Below are positions 40,160 to 48,540 of a DNA stretch of 64,000 nucleotides, piece by piece. Source of the DNA: Candidatus Latescibacterota bacterium (lineage in GTDB: Bacteria; Latescibacterota; UBA2968; GCA-2709665). The stretch is taken from NCBI GenBank assembly GCA_965219995.1, contig CBDCOX010000002.1:2272001-2336000 (forward strand). The letters run 5' to 3'. Position numbers and translations under genes: made by a program. The notes under the pieces were generated by a model. That model was not told where the DNA came from, made no database searches, and saw only the letters and a list, made by a program, of their open reading frames with translations. Numbering within the stretch: the first letter of the stretch is position 1; every line of letters begins with the position of its first letter.

Positions 40160-40779
40160 GGCGAATACCTTTTCGGCACAAAAACCCCACAGCCCATACG
40201 CCGCCGCCCGCCGAGCCCCCGTTCCTGCAACAAGATTGATTCTTCGGCCGTCAGTTCCGTCGCCAGAACTGAGTAGCCGACGATTCGCTTGCTTTTGACG
40301 CGAAGAATGCGGCGGCTCGGATCCGGTCCTTCGCCTCCCTTAGAACACTTCGGCACGCGGAATACCTTACCGCGAATGCCGAGGGAGGCCGATTGACGTA
40401 CAATTTCGGCGTCGAAGCGGGTTGGATTTTCGCCGTTCTTGGTAGTGACGTTCCGGCAATGCAATGTCGCCACCGGAACCAGGACCCTGGTCTCGCAGAC
40501 GCCGACGCGCAGCCTGCATCCGTTGAGGACGAGACTTTTTCCGGCAAGCTTCAGATATGTCCCGATGTCCTCGTGTGGCAAACGGATAACCAGGCGTGAC
40601 GAATCGGACAACAGGAGCATTCCATTTCCGTTATAAATGCCTCGGATTGCGTGAACACCGATTGCATCCGCGGTGTGTATTTCAGGCAGAATCCGGCTTA
40701 ACGCCGCATACAAAGCATAGCCATGGTCAACCGGAAGCGAGGTTCCATTCACGCGGAAAGCCAAATCAACGTACGGCAT
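40156..40779 (-). CDS. cas6: Cas6 (Cmx6)
   Basis: LPVDHGYALY; C-terminal GLGGRRRMGCGVF glycine loop. Confidence 0.93.
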   Translation of the reverse strand: MPYVDLAFRVNGTSLPVDHGYALYAALSRILPEIHTADAIGVHAIRGIYNGNGMLLLSDSSRLVIRLPHEDIGTYLKLAGKSLVLNGCRLRVGVCETRVLVPVATLHCRNVTTKNGENPTRFDAEIVRQSASLGIRGKVFRVPKCSKGGEGPDPSRRILRVKSKRIVGYSVLATELTAEESILLQERGLGGRRRMGCGVFVPKRYSP

Positions 40780-40891
40780 CGTGTACTCCCGATTTCATAG
40801 GCAATGAACGACATCCGCGGCGCGACAAAGGGACGCCGACACAAGTAACCAGGCGATAGGCAGGCGTACACCTACAGGCAGGGGCTCCCAG

Positions 40892-40910
40892 GTATCGCAA
40901 AATGCGACAC
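40892..40910. promoter_or_regulatory. Palindrome upstream of cas6
   Basis: GTATCGCA-AAA-TGCGACAC; same context (GCTCCCA...) as 42085-42111. Confidence 0.5.
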
Positions 40911-40964
40911 CTGTACGAGAGCAACTGCGGACATCGTCCAATCTGCCCCTTGCGTCGCTCCCGC

Positions 40965-41097
40965 CAGATACTCTCCCCGGCGCAATCCTTTCGGCCGCGA
41001 TCTCGCGCCTGAGGTCTTCCAGCGCAAGGACCATGCATCCCGGCCCCCATCCGCGGATCCACAGTTTTAGCCCTGACATGTTTACCCAGTGTCTCAT
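40965..41097 (-). pseudogene. Decayed copy of a WYL-gene 3' end (WCX region)
   Basis: LKLWIRGWGPGCMVLALEDLRREIAAE vs MKPWIRGWGPECEVLEPEDLRQEIAAD in the intact WYL gene. Confidence 0.75.
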
Positions 41098-41319
41098 CCA
41101 ATCCGCGCTAAGCGGTCTTCAGTGCTTCCGAAAGGCGTTCCACCTCGTACTCCCAACTACGGCGTGCGCTTGGACTGATACATTCGACGGCACTTACGCC
41201 ACCGCGACAGCGAGCAACTGCTGAGACCGATCCGAGTGCGATGACCGTTCGGCCTTCGACCTCATGCCGGGTGACTCTGTCGAAGGATTCGTCGGTCGGA
41301 TCCACCGGGATTGCAGCGG

Positions 41320-41952
41320 CTAACGTCCTGACGGATTGGCTTTCTCGACTGCATTCCGGGCTGCGCGCGTGGCGTCTCTAACGGCATCCCTAACCGCGTT
41401 CCTGGCGGCCCTTTGGGCTTTGTAGGCGGCATCGAGCTTCATCCTGGCGTCTTCGTACATCCGCATAACCGCCTGGTAGTTCTCCCAGGCCGCAACGTTT
41501 CTTTCCCGGCCCGTCTCGTAGATCGCCCGGGCGGCTTTTGCGGCGGCATTTCTGGCGACGCTTTCCGCATTTATTGCGGCATTGTGTTCCACCATTGCAT
41601 CTTCATACATTCGTAAAGCGAACAGGAAGTTCTCCCCGGCCGCCGTAACATGCCTCTCCCGATCCGCTTCGTAAATCACGCGGGCGTCCCTATAGACCAC
41701 CCATGCGTTTCCGTATACCTCTCTTGCGTCGCTCCGGACCCGGCGCCAGGAGAAAGGCGACTTCCGTTTCTCAAACAATGTCGCATTTTCGCCTCTGTTG
41801 GCAACAATGTGTCCATACAGGGCGACATTCCATGCGATTTCCCAGGCGGCGCCTTCGGCTCTTTCCGGTTTTGGCGATTCGTTTTCGATTGCGGCTGCGT
41901 CCATTGCGAGCGTGGCGATGGCTAAGACGACGTATCGGGCTGCGCTTATCAT
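41320..41952 (-). CDS. Putative secreted Ala-rich helical repeat protein
   Basis: Signal-like N-terminus; two ~52-aa repeats; GGAG RBS; upstream TTGCCA-16-TACACT promoter. Confidence 0.65.
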   Translation of the reverse strand: MISAARYVVLAIATLAMDAAAIENESPKPERAEGAAWEIAWNVALYGHIVANRGENATLFEKRKSPFSWRRVRSDAREVYGNAWVVYRDARVIYEADRERHVTAAGENFLFALRMYEDAMVEHNAAINAESVARNAAAKAARAIYETGRERNVAAWENYQAVMRMYEDARMKLDAAYKAQRAARNAVRDAVRDATRAARNAVEKANPSGR

Positions 41953-42190
41953 GTTCTCTTCTCCTGGCTGCGGATTTGTGGCGCGTCTTCGGGACACAGG
42001 AACAGAACCGTCAGCGAAATTTCCAATCGTTCCGTCCCGACCAAACTCCAGCAGCGCGTCTGGCCTGGCCTTTGCCAGGCATGTGCTCCCAAGTGTAGCA
42101 AAATGCGACTGCATGGCAAAAAAGCGGAGTGCACATCGTGGCGCTTGATCTTAAAAAAAGATTATAAAATATGGGCTTGTAGTTTCTTTG

Positions 42191-42394
42191 TTACTCAGGA
42201 AGAACGTACGGTCGGTCATAAGGGTATGACTTGCTGGAGCGGCCGCAACCCGAACACATCCGGTCATAGGACCCGTGCGATGTGAAGGCCTCGCGACAGG
42301 CCAGGCACATTCGCCGCTTGGCCGTCTCCTGGGGCAGGTCGTAAAGTTCTCGAATCCGCCGGATCAGTTCATCGCTTTCCTGTTGTCGGGTCAT
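42191..42394 (-). CDS. Small zinc-ribbon protein
   Basis: CLAC...CSGC; AGGAGG RBS. Confidence 0.65.
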   Translation of the reverse strand: MTRQQESDELIRRIRELYDLPQETAKRRMCLACREAFTSHGSYDRMCSGCGRSSKSYPYDRPYVLPE

Positions 42395-42766
42395 ACGCCC
42401 TCCTGCTGGTTTCAAGAGTCTTTACGGAGAAAGTGTCATCTGGCCCTGTTTCATCCCCGGCACGTCCGCTTTGGCGTTACGAATCCTTCCATTTCCTCGA
42501 CCGCCATTGCTGGAGTGAGTAGGTACAGACCTCGCAAAGCTGGCCGGAGCCTTCAATGTTTCCGAGGATGCCAGACTCTCAAGGCCGCGCTGGTCTATTG
42601 CCTTTGTCGGAACACCAGCTTTTGCTTTTCCATTCTTCAGACGCTATCGTCCCGCCAAAACCGTTGCTTTTCCTAGTGAAGTTAGCTATATCTTGTTGAG
42701 CGTCCCGAAAGTGCCGGCGTCAACCGGCAGAATGGAGTTCGTCGGATAACTTAACAGGAGCCACCC

Positions 42767-42952
42767 ATGCTCAGCACCGCTCTTGGGATCGTGAAAGAGG
42801 GCAGAATCGAAACTCTTGAACGCGTCCCTTTGCCCGAAGGCAAGCGGGTATTGGTAACGATCCTGCCGGATGATGATACCTTCTGGCAGGAAGCCAGCGG
42901 GGAATCCCTGAAGGAAATCTGGGACAATAGTGAGGACGACGTGTATGTCTGA
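42767..42952 (+). CDS. DUF104/AF2212-like antitoxin
   Basis: GIVKEGRIE..LPEG.RVLVTIL...IWDNSEDDVY; AGGAG RBS. Confidence 0.7.
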   Translation: MLSTALGIVKEGRIETLERVPLPEGKRVLVTILPDDDTFWQEASGESLKEIWDNSEDDVYV

Positions 42953-43154
42953 TTACTTGACGAGTGATATCGTGCTCGTCCGACATCCGTTCTCCGACTT
43001 GCAGGTTTCCAAAGTACGTCCGGCCATTATTGTCAGTGCGCTCCATATTTCTCGGGATGTCTTCATTGTGCCGCTGACCAGCAGAATAACAGACCTTCTA
43101 AATAATCAATCAACCCTGATTGCGTCTCTGCGAAGTTGGCTGGACATCACGTAG
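42945..43154 (+). pseudogene. PemK/MazF toxin with internal deletion
   Basis: IVLVRHPFSDL..SKVRPAIIVS..FIVPLTSR fused directly to C-terminal SLRSWL; only 69 aa. Confidence 0.7.
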
Positions 43155-44118
43155 ATTCCGATTCATACCTCCTCCCCGCGGCGATCATATCGGCCGCGAT
43201 CTCCTGCCTGAGGTCCTCCGGCTCGAGGACTTCGCATTCCGGCCCCCATCCCCGGATCCACGGTTTCATTTCCAGCGTGTGCTTCACGCTCAGCCGCATG
43301 GTGCATCCGCCATCGGGGTCGTCCGTCACCTCCACCATGCCCGGCCAGCCCGATTCTCGCACACGGTACGCGACCTTCGCTGAAAACCGAAGTGCGACGT
43401 CCACAACCTCGTCGCCCCCCATAATTCCCCATGATCGCTTCAGGAATTCGTACGGGTCGAACCCGCCGCGCAGCTCGTAAGCCGTCTGCAGCAATTCGGC
43501 CCGTTCAATGCGCTCCACCTTGAATTCGCGAATGGCCTTTCGCAAGTGGTCGTACCCAATGACGTAGCATGCGTACCCGACGGGTGACGGCTCGATGAAA
43601 TAGGGGTCCAGGGTGCGCTTTGTGGTCTCGCCGGTTTGCGGATTGTGATAGACCACAAGCACCTGCCGGCGTTCGGACCATGCGCGGGTCAGCGTCTCCA
43701 GAATGCGGATATGTTCGGGATCGGGCTTGCGCCGGTCGGCAGCCGCGGCGGTGCGATTGACGTGTTCGCCGATGGATTCCGGCATGGCGGTTGCGAGCTT
43801 CTCGAGGGCGGACACCACGTGCGGATTGTGTTCGTCGCTGTGCGCGGATAGCAGGCGCGCGGCAAGGTAGAGCGCCAGGGCCTCGTGCAGATTCACCTGG
43901 ACCGTGGTCAGATACCAGTCCTTCACCACGCCGAACCGTCCGTTTTCCTCCCATATCGGCGATCCCCCTTCCCCCAGAGACCGAATATCACGATACACCG
44001 AACTACGATGGACGCCGAATCGCGCGGCGAGCTCGGTCGCTGTCCTTCCCCCCGAGGATCGATAGAGATAGGTTTCAATGGCCTTCAGCCGCGCGGCGCG
44101 GCCCATCGTGCGTTTCAT
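43147..44118 (-). CDS. WYL-domain transcriptional regulator (HTH-WYL-WCX)
   Basis: ELAARFGVHRSSVYRDI HTH; YVIGYDHLRKAIREFKVERI; WIRGWGPECEVLEP.DLR. Confidence 0.93.
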   Translation of the reverse strand: MKRTMGRAARLKAIETYLYRSSGGRTATELAARFGVHRSSVYRDIRSLGEGGSPIWEENGRFGVVKDWYLTTVQVNLHEALALYLAARLLSAHSDEHNPHVVSALEKLATAMPESIGEHVNRTAAAADRRKPDPEHIRILETLTRAWSERRQVLVVYHNPQTGETTKRTLDPYFIEPSPVGYACYVIGYDHLRKAIREFKVERIERAELLQTAYELRGGFDPYEFLKRSWGIMGGDEVVDVALRFSAKVAYRVRESGWPGMVEVTDDPDGGCTMRLSVKHTLEMKPWIRGWGPECEVLEPEDLRQEIAADMIAAGRRYESEST

Positions 44119-44149
44119 CTGAAATCATCCGTGGGAAGGTACAGCAGGA

Positions 44150-44170
44150 TTGTCGCAACTATTGCGACAA
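44150..44170. promoter_or_regulatory. Palindromic candidate WYL operator
   Basis: TTGTCGCAA-CTA-TTGCGACAA, about 30 bp upstream of the WYL start. Confidence 0.7.
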
Positions 44171-44676
44171 CAAACAGGGAAATCGCTTGACATTGTTGAT
44201 TCGCGAACCGCAACCGTGGCCCCCTGCTGTACGGGTCGCGGTATCGCGCGACGACATTCTGTCTCCAATCTTCGGACGATGCCGCGCGGAGTTGACTCAC
44301 CGTCTCGACGGCAAGCGAATGTGTTGCAATTTGCGTCGATGCGTACCCAAAATTAACACATTTTTGTTGAACTATCACTGAAATAATGGCTGATTATGTT
44401 GATATTTTGGTGAATTCTTGGATTTTTCGCGCAAAGAGGCACGGATACGCAAACGCGACTCGAATCGCATGGCGTTTTTTCGACGTCGCCAACTTCTTTC
44501 AAAGCCGAAAAACGGAATTTGCATCGATTGTCAGGAATGAACTGGAAAAATACCAAACGGAAGGCAGAGGGAGGAGAGGGTGTGTCGCCTGACGGGTAGG
44601 GTGAGTGGGAGCAAACGTGCCGCCTGTTCGGATCGGGACACGTATAATTCAGGCGTGTGTTAGTCGATGCTGCAGT

Positions 44677-44714
44677 AGATCCTTCGTCAGCCTGACGGCT
44701 TCCTCAGGATGACA
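44677..44714. repeat. AGATCCTTCG...CTCAGGATGACA-type palindromic intergenic element (single arm)
   Basis: Resembles a widespread TGTCATCCTGAG..CGAAGGATCT intergenic repeat; only one clear copy in the window. Confidence 0.4.
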
Positions 44715-44749
44715 GCGGGAGATGATGCGCAAATCAGGCAGGATGGAAT

Positions 44750-44780
44750 AAAAAACCTGCCAGTTAGTAATACTGGCAGG
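44750..44780 (-). terminator. Intrinsic terminator
   Basis: Minus strand CCTGCCAGTATTACTAACTGGCAGG (9-bp stem) followed by TTTTTT. Confidence 0.75.
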
Positions 44781-44821
44781 TGATCAGATCCGGACGGCTC
44801 GAAGTATCCGGCTACGCCACT

Positions 44822-45184
44822 TCACTTCAACAGAACCGCCGGCAGCCGTTTCAATTCTTCATTGCGCGGGTCGACCTCAAATCCGCCCGATTCCAGAGCC
44901 GTAACGCCGAGCAGGGGTTCGGCGCCCGCATCCCCATATACGATCGTACCACCCACGACTTCACCTTCAATCTCGAGTTCCGCGATTGTTATGTCCATGG
45001 CGACGGATTTGCCGTCCGCAAGTATGGTTTCGCGGCTGCCTCTCGGTGTCAGCCCGATCGCATCGAGTTGCGCCCGTGGCACAAGCGAATCGAAAGCGCC
45101 TGTATCGACGAGGAATTTTCCTGTCCAACTGCGTTCTGGATCCGCGGGATTACGAATGGTGACGTCAACGTACGTCGCGCCCAT
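44822..45184 (-). CDS. Clan AA aspartic protease (AF_0612-like)
   Basis: FLVDTGA; PLLGVTALES. Confidence 0.85.
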   Translation of the reverse strand: MGATYVDVTIRNPADPERSWTGKFLVDTGAFDSLVPRAQLDAIGLTPRGSRETILADGKSVAMDITIAELEIEGEVVGGTIVYGDAGAEPLLGVTALESGGFEVDPRNEELKRLPAVLLK

Positions 45185-45295
45185 TGGCCGTTCTCCATGT
45201 GAACAGGTTCACCATTGAATTCGTTAAATCATAGCGAATTCCTGCAACCGATGCAAGACGCGATCAGCATTTGTACAACAGACGGGAGCGTGTCC

Positions 45296-45375
45296 GCAGG
45301 GGCAACCGGCCGGTCGCCCCTACGGATACCGCGCATCGAGACGATTTCGTAGGGGCAACCCTTGTGGTTGCCCAC
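45296..45375. repeat. Pair of GTAG-type REP elements
   Basis: GCAGGGGCAACCGGCCGGTCGCCCCTAC and GTAGGGGCAACCCTTGTGGTTGCCC. Confidence 0.7.
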
Positions 45376-45385
45376 CTCGTGCCGG

Positions 45386-45703
45386 TCAGTCGATATGGAC
45401 CGCCGTGCCGCTGACCGAAACCATCAGCATGCTGCCCTCGCCGACGACTTCGTAGTCCAGATCGATGCCGACGACGGCGTTGGCGCCCGCCTGGCGGGCG
45501 GCATCCTCCATTTCACTGAACGCGATCTCGCGCGCCTGCTTCAACTCCTTCTCGTACGCCGCGGACCGTCCGCCCACGATGTCGCGAATGCCGGCGAAGA
45601 AATCCTTGAAGATGTTCGCGCCGAGAATCGCCTCGCCGGTGACGATGCCTCTATACTCACGAATGGTCTTGCCTTCAATTCCGGGTGTGGTGGTCACAAT
45701 CAT
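45386..45703 (-). CDS. YbjQ/UPF0145 family protein
   Basis: [32 protein letters not shown]; [11 protein letters not shown]. Confidence 0.92.
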   Translation of the reverse strand: MIVTTTPGIEGKTIREYRGIVTGEAILGANIFKDFFAGIRDIVGGRSAAYEKELKQAREIAFSEMEDAARQAGANAVVGIDLDYEVVGEGSMLMVSVSGTAVHID

Positions 45704-45787
45704 GAGTATGCCCCTCCGTTTGATTAGGCGGTTGACGGCCGGGTTTCCTTTCGGCCGGTACTCGGCGCCTGCCTGAACATTAACAAC

Positions 45788-46651
45788 TTACTTGTAGCTG
45801 TTGTAGACGATCGCCAGCCAGCGGTCCGTGCTCATCCAGCCCTGGCCCCACGACCGCCACTTCTCCGGCACCCCGGCGGCCTGAATCTCTTCGAGCGTCC
45901 TGCCGGCTGCGATGGCTTCCTTCACGAGATCCGCGCACGTTTCCAGCATCTCAAGCGCCGTTCTCAGGTCGTCAGGGCCCGCGAGGGGTCCGTGGCCGGG
46001 GATTATACGCGCATCCGGTGGGATTTGTTTCAGCAGGGACCTGACGGCGTCGATGTAGCCCTGCACGTCGCCGCCGCCCCTCAGGTCGACGTAAGGAAAC
46101 CTGCCGTTGAAGAAGAGGTCGCCGGTGTGGACGACGTTCGATCCGGTAAAGAACACAACGCCGTCGCCATCGGTGTGGGCCTTCGGAAAATGTACGACGC
46201 GCAATTCCTCGCCGTTGAAGTGGATCGACAGACCTTTGTCGAAGGTGATTTCCGGTAAGGCGGCGTCGGGCAGCGGCCTGTCGTCGACACGCCTGGCTGC
46301 AAGCCTATTTCGCACGTTCCGGTGAGCGACGATGACGCCTTTCGCTCCGAAATGTGCATTTCCGCCGGTGTGGTCGCCATGGTAGTGCGTATTCAGGACG
46401 AAGGTGGGATCGCCGCCACCCAACTCCCCGATGGCAGCACGGATCTTGTCGGCCAGCGGCGCGAACTGATTGTCGACGATCAGGACGCCGTCCTCACCCA
46501 CGGACACGCCGATGTTGCCGCCGCGTCCTTCCAGCATATAGACGCGGTCGGTGAGCTTCGTGGCCTTGATCTCGACCGCGGAAAAATCCCTTTGCGCGAA
46601 TGCCGTGCCCGTTACGGCCAGTGACACGGCTATCGGTAACCATCTGGTCAT
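45788..46651 (-). CDS. Secreted MBL-fold metallo-hydrolase
   Basis: THYHGDHTGGN, AHTDGD, HTGDL, IPGHG. Confidence 0.9.
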   Translation of the reverse strand: MTRWLPIAVSLAVTGTAFAQRDFSAVEIKATKLTDRVYMLEGRGGNIGVSVGEDGVLIVDNQFAPLADKIRAAIGELGGGDPTFVLNTHYHGDHTGGNAHFGAKGVIVAHRNVRNRLAARRVDDRPLPDAALPEITFDKGLSIHFNGEELRVVHFPKAHTDGDGVVFFTGSNVVHTGDLFFNGRFPYVDLRGGGDVQGYIDAVRSLLKQIPPDARIIPGHGPLAGPDDLRTALEMLETCADLVKEAIAAGRTLEEIQAAGVPEKWRSWGQGWMSTDRWLAIVYNSYK

Positions 46652-46669
46652 TGTGAAAACCCTCCTAAC

Positions 46670-46904
46670 GGCGGGGAGACGTTAGACGTAAGACGTGAGA
46701 TGATATCAGTGCCCTATGGTCTTTCCAGTCGTTACGATAACGGTAGAGAAAAAGGCACGGTTAGCGTGAAAACACTGTGGTAACGTTATCCTCTACCGTC
46801 TACCGTCTACCGTCTCACCGCTTTCATCTGCCGTCTTGCGTCTCCCGTCTCCCCGCATTGAAAAAAGGCCCGGGCGCTTTGGGCGACCAGCCGGTCGCCC
46901 GTAC
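46670..46904. repeat. Heptamer-tract inverted repeat element plus REP
   Basis: GACGTTA-GACGTAA-GACGTGA arm facing CTACCGT/CTCCCGT arm; GGGCGACCAGCCGGTCGCCC REP at 46881. Confidence 0.6.
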
Positions 46905-46935
46905 CCTGGGCCTTTTCATTGTCTCGCGAACCGCT

Positions 46936-47664
46936 CTATGCCGTTCGTCCGTCGATGGTGCCGACTTCGATCTTCAATTCTTCCCGCTTCACGACGCGGT
47001 CGACGCGCCCGTCGCGCACCCAGACCACCCGATCGGAAACGCTCAGCATCTTGTGGTCGTGCGTTGCCGACACCACGGTGACGCCCGACTCCTGGTTCAT
47101 CTCCCGCAGCAGCTCGATGATTTCCGTACCGGTGCGCAAATCCAGGTTTCCGGTGGGTTCGTCGGCAAGAATCAGGGCCGGATCGTTTGCGAACGCCCGG
47201 GCAACCGCCACACGCTGCTGCTGCCCACCCGAAAGCTCGAAGGGCTTATGCGACACCCGGTCGCCCAATCCCACCTTATTCAGCAGCTCCACCCCCTTGT
47301 CCCTGGCCTCGTCGCTGGTCAGCCCGGCGAAGACCATGGGAAGCGTTACGTTTTCCAGCGCCGTCATCACAGGAATCAGATTGAACGTCTGGAAGATATA
47401 CCCGATCTTCCGGCAACGCAGCCACGCCAGTTCGTAGGCGTCGAGTTGCGCAACGTCCACGTCGTCGATGTACACCTTCCCGTCGCTGGGTTTGTCCAGC
47501 CCGCCGACCATATTGAACAGGGTGGTCTTTCCGGAGCCGGATGGCCCCATAATAGAGATGTACTCGCCCTGTTCGATTTCGATATCCACGCCCTTGAGCG
47601 CGGCTACCCGCACGTCGCCCATCTCATAGACCTTTTTCACATCCTGTGTTCTTACGACGGCCAT
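46936..47664 (-). CDS. ABC transporter ATP-binding protein (LolD/MacB-like)
   Basis: GPSGSGKT, LSGGQQQRV, ILADEPTGNLD, ATHD. Confidence 0.93.
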   Translation of the reverse strand: MAVVRTQDVKKVYEMGDVRVAALKGVDIEIEQGEYISIMGPSGSGKTTLFNMVGGLDKPSDGKVYIDDVDVAQLDAYELAWLRCRKIGYIFQTFNLIPVMTALENVTLPMVFAGLTSDEARDKGVELLNKVGLGDRVSHKPFELSGGQQQRVAVARAFANDPALILADEPTGNLDLRTGTEIIELLREMNQESGVTVVSATHDHKMLSVSDRVVWVRDGRVDRVVKREELKIEVGTIDGRTA

Positions 47665-47737
47665 CGTCGCCCTCCAGGCAAGCAAGTGAATTTCGATTGC
47701 CGCGTCTTCGTGACAGCGCGGGCTCCCGGATTCACGC

Positions 47738-48427
47738 CTAGACCTCCAGCCGCATGGCGTCGACCGGCTCCATCTTCGCGGCGCGATAGGCGGGAAGGAT
47801 TCCGCCCATCAGGGACAGAAAGGAACCGAGGACGATTGCCATCAAGCCTCGCTCCAGAATGCCGGGCCACGGCACGTAATCGATAACGGCCGTGCCATAT
47901 CCGATCCAGGACATGAGAACGGACAGCAGAAAGCCCACGCCCGCTCCAAGCACCGTGCCGGCCATTCCCATAAAGGCGGACTCGAGGATAAACAGTTTGA
48001 CAATGAATCCATCCAGCGCTCCCATGCACTTCATGGTGCCGATTTCCCGGAAGCGCTCGGTAACGGACATCAGCATCGCGTTTGTGATCCCAACCAGGCA
48101 CACCAGCAGAGAAAGTACGACGAGCCATGTGTTCTTGGCCTCCTCCTGCCGGTTGGCTTCGCTTTCCTGACTGATGTCGATCCCCTTCTGCTGCAGAATC
48201 AAGTTCATCTTCGGGTCGTTGGCGTCTCGAAGGCTGTTCACTATTGAACTGGTTGTCCATATGGACATCAGGAATGCGATGGCCAGAATGATGCTGCTCA
48301 CCGTAATCAAAGACCGTCCGAACCGGATCTTGACGCTGTTGAAGCTGATCTCAACGGCCTTTCTGACTGGCAGCTTGACCTGCGTGCCAATCTCCCGGCG
48401 GGCAGGCGAGGAATAACTTTGCGCCAT
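47738..48427 (-). CDS. FtsX-like ABC permease (short form)
   Basis: GITNAMLMSVTERFREIGTMKCMGA; PAYRAAKMEPVDAMR. Confidence 0.9.
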   Translation of the reverse strand: MAQSYSSPARREIGTQVKLPVRKAVEISFNSVKIRFGRSLITVSSIILAIAFLMSIWTTSSIVNSLRDANDPKMNLILQQKGIDISQESEANRQEEAKNTWLVVLSLLVCLVGITNAMLMSVTERFREIGTMKCMGALDGFIVKLFILESAFMGMAGTVLGAGVGFLLSVLMSWIGYGTAVIDYVPWPGILERGLMAIVLGSFLSLMGGILPAYRAAKMEPVDAMRLEV

Positions 48428-48540
48428 ACACTCCTCCCACAAGCGGATCCGTGATGCAGCCCACGCGGCGATCCGAAAATTGCACGCGTTGACAGATTTT
48501 CTCGGAATAACTGGTAAAGCCGGTGCTGTTGCCGCCTGTC

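Noticed and set aside
42950-42964. In-frame TGA near the antitoxin end as possible selenocysteine
   Set aside because: No Cys-equivalent context or SECIS; more likely a slightly premature stop in a decaying module
32839-44118. CRISPR-associated transposon (I-B CAST)
   Set aside because: No tnsA/B/C or tniQ in the window, and cas3 plus adaptation genes are intact
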